This document shows, piece after piece, positions 33,831 to 40,000 of a DNA stretch of 40,000 nucleotides. Numbering within the stretch: position 1 is the stretch's first letter; each line of letters begins with the position of its first letter. Under the pieces are notes generated by a model. The model worked only from the letters and a program-made list of their open reading frames with translations, was not told the DNA's origin and did not search any database. This DNA comes from Idiomarina sp. GTDB lineage: Bacteria; Pseudomonadota; Gammaproteobacteria; Enterobacterales; Alteromonadaceae. A program made the translations under genes and the position numbers. The DNA lies in the NCBI RefSeq assembly GCF_048265525.1, contig NZ_JBLXBI010000002.1:310903-350902 (forward strand), written 5' to 3'.

Positions 33831-34601
33831 TTAGTTCTTAACAACAACCTTAAGCAATTCACTGACAAAGCGCTCCGGTTCCGAAATAAACGGGGCGTGT
33901 GCGCTTTTGGTGAATACCACAGCTTTTGACTCGGGCGCCAGTGCGGAAATATCGTTGATAGCGCGCTCCGGAACCAGGCTGTCCAGGCGTCCGTAAAAAC
34001 GGTTGAAGGGCACTTCAATGCCGGGTAATTGCTGACGTAAATCTGCGGTTTGTAATATACCTAGGGACTGTTTCAGCACACCCTGGTCTGGCATTGGCTT
34101 GGTAAATATCAGCTGCTTTACCTGCTTAACCTGTTCGCGTGCGTCCTCGCTGCCCATGGCCTGAATCGCTAAAAAACGTTCAATGGTCTTTTTAAAGTCG
34201 CTGTCCAGTTGCTGTTGAAACTGCTCCAGAATAGTTGGCTTAATACCCGCCCAGTCGCTTTTTTCCACAAAGTGAGGTGACGATGCAACGGTGGTTAAAG
34301 ACATAACCCGGTCAGAATGCGTCAGTGCAATTTGTGTCGCAATTAACCCGCCTAAAGACCATCCCATTAAATGAAAGCGTGGCGGCAGGGCTGGCATTAT
34401 TTGTTCAATAAAACTCTCCAGCGACACCTCATTCTCTGATGACCAGACAGAGTCGCCAAAGCCGGGCAGGTCGATGCAGTACAACTGAAAGTGCTCGCTT
34501 AATGCCGGTACCACGGGTTGCCAGATGTTCGAATTCATTCCCCAGCCATGGAGTACAACAATAGGGGTTCCTGTACCACAGCACGTTACCGAAAGGCTCA
34601 C
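33831..34601 (-). CDS. bioH: Alpha/beta hydrolase, pimeloyl-ACP methyl ester carboxylesterase-like
   Basis: VVLHGWGMN, the nucleophile elbow GWSLGG and a C-terminal HAPF. It is adjacent and divergent to comF, as in enterobacterial bioH-gntX. Confidence 0.8.
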   Translation of the reverse strand: MSLSVTCCGTGTPIVVLHGWGMNSNIWQPVVPALSEHFQLYCIDLPGFGDSVWSSENEVSLESFIEQIMPALPPRFHLMGWSLGGLIATQIALTHSDRVMSLTTVASSPHFVEKSDWAGIKPTILEQFQQQLDSDFKKTIERFLAIQAMGSEDAREQVKQVKQLIFTKPMPDQGVLKQSLGILQTADLRQQLPGIEVPFNRFYGRLDSLVPERAINDISALAPESKAVVFTKSAHAPFISEPERFVSELLKVVVKN

Positions 34602-34637
34602 TATACTACCTGTCCGAGTTATTAATTAAGGGGTGGT

Positions 34638-35327
34638 ATGCTAGCGTTTTTACAGCGTTTCGCCAATGCTTTTGAGTTGGGCACATGCTGGAGTTGCGGT
34701 TATTCTAAGGTGGCCGCTGCAAGCCTTTGCCCTTATTGCGAAGAAGCACTGCCGCGTTGGTATCCGCGTTGCTGTCAGCATTTGTCCGATATTGAACAGC
34801 ATTTAGTGGCGGAGCAGAAGCAGTGCCGCTACTGGTACGGTGCATTACGCTGGGAGCCGCAGGTACAGCAGCTTATTACTCAGTTTAAATTTCGCCATAA
34901 AGCCGAGCTGGCCCCTTTACTGGCAAACCAGTTAGCGGCTCATTTACGCCTTTGTTACCGCGAACAGGCACTGCCGGACTGCGTTGTTGCGGTGCCTATG
35001 ACGCAACAAGCCTGGCGTAAAAGAGGTTTTCACCAGACTGCATTACTGGCGCGGCATGTGTCAGTGGCGCTTGAGTTACCTTACATTGCGGGCGGATTAC
35101 GTAAAATACGAGCGGTGCCCATGCAGCACATGGCATCGAAGGCATTACGCTGGGAGAACAGTCGGGGCAGCCAACTCGCTTTACAGGATTTTAGTGGCTG
35201 TACGGTAGCGGTTGTGGACGACGTACTGAGTACCGGCGCCACTATGATGGCGGCGGCTGATGCGCTCTACAAAAAAGGGGCTAAAACCGTCGATGCCTGG
35301 GCCGTTGTCTATAACCAGCACGACTAG
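34638..35327 (+). CDS. comF: ComF/GntX family phosphoribosyltransferase-domain competence protein
   Basis: It has N-terminal Cys pairs (CWSC...CPYC) and the PRTase motif VAVVDDVLSTGAT. Confidence 0.8.
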   Translation: MLAFLQRFANAFELGTCWSCGYSKVAAASLCPYCEEALPRWYPRCCQHLSDIEQHLVAEQKQCRYWYGALRWEPQVQQLITQFKFRHKAELAPLLANQLAAHLRLCYREQALPDCVVAVPMTQQAWRKRGFHQTALLARHVSVALELPYIAGGLRKIRAVPMQHMASKALRWENSRGSQLALQDFSGCTVAVVDDVLSTGATMMAAADALYKKGAKTVDAWAVVYNQHD

Positions 35328-35398
35328 AAACTGCAGGGCGTTTCGGTTACACTATACCCTAGTAATTTACTCAGGTATAAGCCGTGAGGTCAGTATTT

Positions 35399-35977
35399 AT
35401 GATTCGTATTTCAGAAGCAGCGCAGTCCCACTTTCAGAAACTATTAGCCGATCAGCCCGATGGCACGTGTATTCGTGTGTTTGTGGTGAACCCGGGTATG
35501 GCGAATGCAGAGTGTGGTGTTTCTTATTGCCCGCCAGATTCGGTCGAACCGGACGACGAGCGTCTGCCGTTTAATGGGTTTGATGCCGTAGTGGATTCAG
35601 GCAGTGCGCCTTTTTTAGAAGACGCCGCTATTGATTTTGAAGAGCAGGAAATGGGGTCTCAGTTAACTCTGAAAGCCCCGAACGCCAAAGCGCGTAAAGT
35701 GGACGACGACGCACCGCTAATTGAGCGGGTGGAATACGTGATTCAGGCAGAAATTAATCCTCAGTTGGCCAGCCACGGTGGTCAGGTGATGGTGTCAGAA
35801 ATTACTGATGACGGCGTTGCTATTCTGCAATTCGGCGGTGGCTGTAATGGTTGCAGTATGATTGACGTAACCCTGAAAAACGGCATTGAAAAAGAGTTGC
35901 TTGAGCGCTTCCCGGAAGAAGTGAAAGGCGTGCGTGATATAACTGATCATGAGCCCGGAGAACACTCCTACTACTAA
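35399..35977 (+). CDS. nfuA: Fe-S cluster biogenesis protein NfuA
   Basis: [16 protein letters not shown]... is an A-type-like N-domain. The Nfu C-domain carries GGGCNGCSM. The start is at ATG 35399. Confidence 0.9.
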   Translation: MIRISEAAQSHFQKLLADQPDGTCIRVFVVNPGMANAECGVSYCPPDSVEPDDERLPFNGFDAVVDSGSAPFLEDAAIDFEEQEMGSQLTLKAPNAKARKVDDDAPLIERVEYVIQAEINPQLASHGGQVMVSEITDDGVAILQFGGGCNGCSMIDVTLKNGIEKELLERFPEEVKGVRDITDHEPGEHSYY

Positions 35978-35990
35978 TCGTAGCTTTCAG

Positions 35991-37301
35991 TTAATAAGTT
36001 CCGGAAAAGTATTTAAGCCAAATTGCCTGGGTAATACCACGCATGAATAAAAAGCCGCTGAGAGCTAACCACAGACCGTGGTTCTCCAGCGGCAATCCCG
36101 CCCACCATAAAGGCAGAAAGCCAATTAAAGCGCTTAATATCATCGTATTACGCATACCTCGGCTGAACGATAAACCAATGAAAACACCGTCAAACCAATA
36201 GCTCCAGTGCGCGATAAGTGGCAATACCACTATCCATGGCAGATAGTTTTCGGCAACCCGGATAATGTCGGGAATATCGGTAATGAGACGAATAATTGCA
36301 CTGCCGGCCAGGGCGAAAACCAACGCATAAACCACAGCAAAGAGTGACGACCAGAGCAAGGTAATTTTGCACCAATAACGGATTTTATCGTAACGCTTCT
36401 GACCTTTAGCTTCGCCAGCTAAAGCTTCCACAGAATAAGCAATGCCGTCCAGCCCCAGCGATATCAGCATCAGAAACTGCATTAACACGGCGTTAACCGC
36501 CACCATAGTGCTGCCGTAGCGAGTCGCGTAGCCGGTCATGGTTGCCATGCACAGTTGCAGTATCAGGCTGCGTATAAAAATATTACCGTTAACGCCTAAA
36601 AACTGACGCAGCTGCTGAAACTTGAGCTGCCAGAGGCGTAAGTGCCAGCCCAGCGCGCGGGCAGTCCAGTAGAAGCCGACAATAGCGGTTACCCACTCAG
36701 CACTAAGCGAAGCCCAGGCGGCACCTTTTACATTCAGTCCAAAGCCGAGAATGAGTATCACATCCATAACCACATTCACGGCGTTGGTAATTATCACCAG
36801 AAGCATGGCTTTGCGGCTGTTTTGTCGGCCTAATAATACCCCCAGAGCGACCAGCGTTATCAGCGAAGCCGGTGCCGACCATAAGCGAATTTCGATATAA
36901 TCGCGGGCGTAGCCTTCGAGCTCGGCAGAAGGGGCGATAACCCACATGGCTAAGTCATTAATTAAAGGGCTGGCAACCGCTATTAAAACACCTAAAACCA
37001 GCGCAATAATAATGCCGTTATTGAAGTGCTGGCGCTGAGCATGTATGTCATCGGCACCGTATGACTGAGCTATGTAACCGGTTGTGGCCATGCGCAGAAA
37101 CACCGCCAGCAGATAAATAAAACTGACCACCATGGCGCCAATGGCAACAGCCGACAAGTAGATAGCGTTCGGCAAATGACCTATGATGGCAGTATCGACC
37201 AGACCGAGAAGGGGCGCAGCAATATTGGAAATGATCATTGGCAGGGCAATCGCAAAAACGCGGCTGTGATCTGACAGCGAAAATCCAAACAGCTTGTGCA
37301 T
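35991..37301 (-). CDS. dinF: MATE family efflux transporter, DinF-like
   Basis: 436-aa polytopic protein. ALPMIISNIAAPLLGLVDTAIIGHL...FLRMATTGYIAQSYGA matches the DinF N-terminal pattern. Confidence 0.8.
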   Translation of the reverse strand: MHKLFGFSLSDHSRVFAIALPMIISNIAAPLLGLVDTAIIGHLPNAIYLSAVAIGAMVVSFIYLLAVFLRMATTGYIAQSYGADDIHAQRQHFNNGIIIALVLGVLIAVASPLINDLAMWVIAPSAELEGYARDYIEIRLWSAPASLITLVALGVLLGRQNSRKAMLLVIITNAVNVVMDVILILGFGLNVKGAAWASLSAEWVTAIVGFYWTARALGWHLRLWQLKFQQLRQFLGVNGNIFIRSLILQLCMATMTGYATRYGSTMVAVNAVLMQFLMLISLGLDGIAYSVEALAGEAKGQKRYDKIRYWCKITLLWSSLFAVVYALVFALAGSAIIRLITDIPDIIRVAENYLPWIVVLPLIAHWSYWFDGVFIGLSFSRGMRNTMILSALIGFLPLWWAGLPLENHGLWLALSGFLFMRGITQAIWLKYFSGTY

Positions 37302-37358
37302 AACTATCCTTAAGTAAACTCGGTTAATAACGGCTTTTATATTTTATCAGGAGTCAGT

Positions 37359-38444
37359 ATGAAGATGTTGAACAAAATGACGTTGAGTGCCGCATCGGCC
37401 TTATTGCTGGGCTGCTCACCATTAGCCCAGGCAGGCAGCGCCGATAGTGTGGTGGTATTGCAGTATCACCATGTCAGTGACTCAACTCCGGCGGTAACGT
37501 CAATTGACCCGGAGACGTTTCGCGAACATCTGCAATATCTGCAGGATAACAACTTTAACGTTATTGATATTACTGACGCTCGTGATGCCATTGAAAAAGG
37601 GGAAGAGCTTCCCGAAAAAGCCGTTGTTATAACCTTCGACGATGGCTACCAAAACGTTTATGAGAACGCTGTAGAGGTTCTGGAAGAGTTTAAAATGCCT
37701 TATACGGTGTTCGTTAACCCTGAACTTATGCGTAAGCACAGCGGCCATTACATGGGCTGGGAAGAGCTTAAAGAAATTCAGCAGAACGGCGCTACTATTG
37801 CTAACCACGGGCAGACTCACGGACACCTTATTCGCAAGCAAGAAGGTGAGAGTGGTGAAGAATGGCGCGAACGTATGCATTACGATGTTATTACCGCACA
37901 AGAAGCCATTGATGAAAACTTAGGCGAACAGCAGAAGTATTTTGCCTATCCTTACGGTGAGTACAACAACGAGTTGCGGGCGTTACTGGATGAATGGGGT
38001 TTTCTGGCCTTTGCTCAGCATTCAGGCCCATGGTCTAAGTGGAGTGAGGATACTGTTATTACGCGTTTTCCTGCGTCTGGTATCTACGCGAACTTAAATA
38101 CGCTGAAAGCCAAGTTGAATTCGAAAGCCATGCCGGTAAGTGTTTACCAACCGGAAGAACCTTTAGTCACGCATGAAAATGCACGACCGACGATTAGTGT
38201 GACACTGGAAGCAGGCGAAACATTAGACGATATGCGTACCGATGCGCTGCAATGCTTTGCCGGAGGTTCAGTCTTAAAACCTGAATGGGAAAGCGATACT
38301 CAGTTTAGTGTGACGCTTGAAAAGGACATTAACATTGGGCGCTCACGCGTCAATTGCACAGCACCCAGCGCATCGGAGTCTCGTTACTATTGGTATTCCG
38401 TAGCACTTATCCGTCCGAACGAGTCAGGCAGTTGGCCTGACTAA
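37359..38444 (+). CDS. Polysaccharide deacetylase (NodB-homology) family lipoprotein
   Basis: It has a signal peptide with a lipobox (LLLGCS). The NodB motifs are ITFDDGY and ANHGQTHGH. Confidence 0.75.
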   Translation: MKMLNKMTLSAASALLLGCSPLAQAGSADSVVVLQYHHVSDSTPAVTSIDPETFREHLQYLQDNNFNVIDITDARDAIEKGEELPEKAVVITFDDGYQNVYENAVEVLEEFKMPYTVFVNPELMRKHSGHYMGWEELKEIQQNGATIANHGQTHGHLIRKQEGESGEEWRERMHYDVITAQEAIDENLGEQQKYFAYPYGEYNNELRALLDEWGFLAFAQHSGPWSKWSEDTVITRFPASGIYANLNTLKAKLNSKAMPVSVYQPEEPLVTHENARPTISVTLEAGETLDDMRTDALQCFAGGSVLKPEWESDTQFSVTLEKDINIGRSRVNCTAPSASESRYYWYSVALIRPNESGSWPD

Positions 38445-39055
38445 TTGGCGATAATGGCAAAATCTTTTGCCAGTTGTTCCATGTCGACTACCGGTATTTC
38501 CCCACGTTGGTGGTCGGCATTAAATATCGCTTTACGGTGCCCGTTCGGGTTAACCAGAATAATAGCGGCGCTGTGGTTAACCAAGTAATTTTCCTCGCCT
38601 TCATCGGGAATGGAATACATTAAACCTAAATCACGTACGAAAGGGAACAGCTCTTTGTGCTCGGCTCGCACACCAACAAAGTCGTCACCAAAATAGTTAA
38701 CGTATTGAGTTAAACGTTTAATGTCATCGCGTTGCGGGTCAACTGAAATCATCCATACTTTAACCGGATCGGAGGTTTCTTCCTGTAAAGCCGGAAGCAC
38801 ACCTTTTAAGTCTGACATGGTGGTTGGACAGATATCAGGACAGAAGGTATAACCTGTAAAGAGCAAGGTCCACTGGCCTTTCAGTGCATCGTTTTCAATA
38901 GCGCCGTCGGCTGTGCTGTTTAACTTAAACGATTTTAAAGCACGAGGGGGCTCGTAAATTAAAGCTTCCGGCTTCTCTTCCGGCCAAAAATTGTAAACCG
39001 CGAACCCGGCTGCAAGGGCGATAAAGGCAGCCAGCAGCGTAACGATACGACTCAT
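38441..39055 (-). CDS. SCO1/SenC family copper chaperone (thioredoxin fold)
   Basis: It has an N-terminal membrane anchor and the CxxxC motif FTGYTFCPDICPTT. It is adjacent to the heme O synthase gene. Confidence 0.85.
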   Translation of the reverse strand: MSRIVTLLAAFIALAAGFAVYNFWPEEKPEALIYEPPRALKSFKLNSTADGAIENDALKGQWTLLFTGYTFCPDICPTTMSDLKGVLPALQEETSDPVKVWMISVDPQRDDIKRLTQYVNYFGDDFVGVRAEHKELFPFVRDLGLMYSIPDEGEENYLVNHSAAIILVNPNGHRKAIFNADHQRGEIPVVDMEQLAKDFAIIAN

Positions 39056-39067
39056 TTCTTACTCCAG

Positions 39068-39964
39068 TTATACGTAGTGATCGACCAGTAAAATCACAAA
39101 CAGCAGCATGAGGTGCCAGATAGAGAAGGCAAACATGTTAAAGGCTGTTTTTTTGCTGGGCGCGTATTTCAACTTCCAGGCATAAGCCAGAAAAATGGCG
39201 TTAAGTACACTGACGCCCACCAGATAAATCATGCCTGTCATGCCAATTAAAAACGGCATAAGGCAAACCACGATCAGCAAAACGGTATACAGGAAAATAC
39301 AGGTTTTGGTGAATTCAATACCGTGGGTTACCGGTAGCATTGGCACCTTGGCACGGGCATAATCTTTGGCGCGGTGCACCGCAAGTGCCCAGAAGTGGGG
39401 CGGAGTCCAGGTGAATATGATCATCACCAACAGTACCGCTGGCGCGTTAATTTCGTTGGTCACCGAGGTCCAGCCCAGTAACGGCGGTGCAGCACCGGCT
39501 AAACCACCAATAACAATGTTCTGCGGCGTAGCGCGTTTTAAGAACATGGTATAAACCACGGCGTAACCCACCATACTGGCAAAGGTTAACCAGGCAGTTA
39601 ATGGATTAACCCAGGCATACAGGGTGACGAAACCAATAGCACCAATGGATGCGGCAAAAACGGTTACTTTTGTCGGTGACAAATTCCCCTGAGGTAGCGG
39701 GCGGCGAAGCGTACGCGCCATTTTCGCGTCAATATGGCGGTCAACTAGGTGGTTAATGGCTGCTGCTGCGGCAGACATGAGTCCAATACCGGTCAGCGCC
39801 GGCACCAGTACATTCAGCGACACCAGTTCTTCAGTGGCCAGACACATGCCAACCACTGCGGTGAGTAACAGCAAAGCGACGACGCGGGGCTTGGTCAGTT
39901 CAAGGTAGTCCCGCCAATGAGCGTTGCGCGTTTTTGTTATATTATTTGTGGCAACGGATTGCAT
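39068..39964 (-). CDS. cyoE: Protoheme IX farnesyltransferase (heme O synthase)
   Basis: 298-aa UbiA-family polytopic protein ([31 protein letters not shown]). Confidence 0.9.
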   Translation of the reverse strand: MQSVATNNITKTRNAHWRDYLELTKPRVVALLLLTAVVGMCLATEELVSLNVLVPALTGIGLMSAAAAAINHLVDRHIDAKMARTLRRPLPQGNLSPTKVTVFAASIGAIGFVTLYAWVNPLTAWLTFASMVGYAVVYTMFLKRATPQNIVIGGLAGAAPPLLGWTSVTNEINAPAVLLVMIIFTWTPPHFWALAVHRAKDYARAKVPMLPVTHGIEFTKTCIFLYTVLLIVVCLMPFLIGMTGMIYLVGVSVLNAIFLAYAWKLKYAPSKKTAFNMFAFSIWHLMLLFVILLVDHYV

Positions 39965-40000
39965 AGTTTCAACTCCTCTACGCTTTTCTGGACAGGTTGT

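Noticed and set aside
35260-35574. 104-aa ORF bridging the comF 3' end and the nfuA 5' end
   Set aside because: It is out of frame with both conserved genes and overlaps them. It has no independent support.
1-40000. Search for CRISPR arrays, tRNA/tmRNA/rRNA genes, integron attC/intI and tyrosine/serine recombinases
   Set aside because: I saw no regularly spaced repeat array, no tRNA-like T-arm/acceptor pattern, and no integrase-like ORF. The only mobility module is the Tn7-type tns set.

Overview
This window is a gammaproteobacterial core chromosome segment, tentatively Alteromonadales-like. The core genes are secB', gpsA, slmA, dut, coaBC, radC, rpmB-rpmG, a 2OG oxygenase, mutM, bioH, comF, nfuA, dinF-like MATE, a deacetylase, SCO and cyoE. 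radC is split by a precisely delimitable 26,836-bp Tn7-like transposon at 3873-30708. The element has 8-bp terminal inverted repeats (TGTAAGTT) and a 5-bp target duplication (TGGAG), and removing it in silico restores one continuous radC frame. It carries an apparently intact tnsA-tnsB-tnsC-tniQ/tnsD plus a tnsE-like gene. Its visibly AT-richer cargo reads as a defence island containing: (i) a 58-aa CsrA homologue below the ORF-track cutoff; (ii) an XRE-HTH / DUF3578(MrcB-N)-HNH / RexA-like / RexB-like operon; (iii) a permuted amino-DNA-methyltransferase convergent with a 1446-aa PD-(D/E)xK nuclease + SF1B helicase (Nhi-like); (iv) a 1281-aa reverse transcriptase-nitrilase fusion (DRT type 1 / UG1-like); (v) a translationally coupled three-gene cassette (531, 207 and 663 aa); (vi) a 456-aa HExxH protein. 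The cassette in (v) has two paralogous single-motif PLD-like domains in which the HKD lysine is arginine, plus a large helical protein with no recognisable motif. I cannot place it in any named system, and it is my best candidate for an undescribed system. All family calls come from motif and sequence recognition by eye; no database search was possible.
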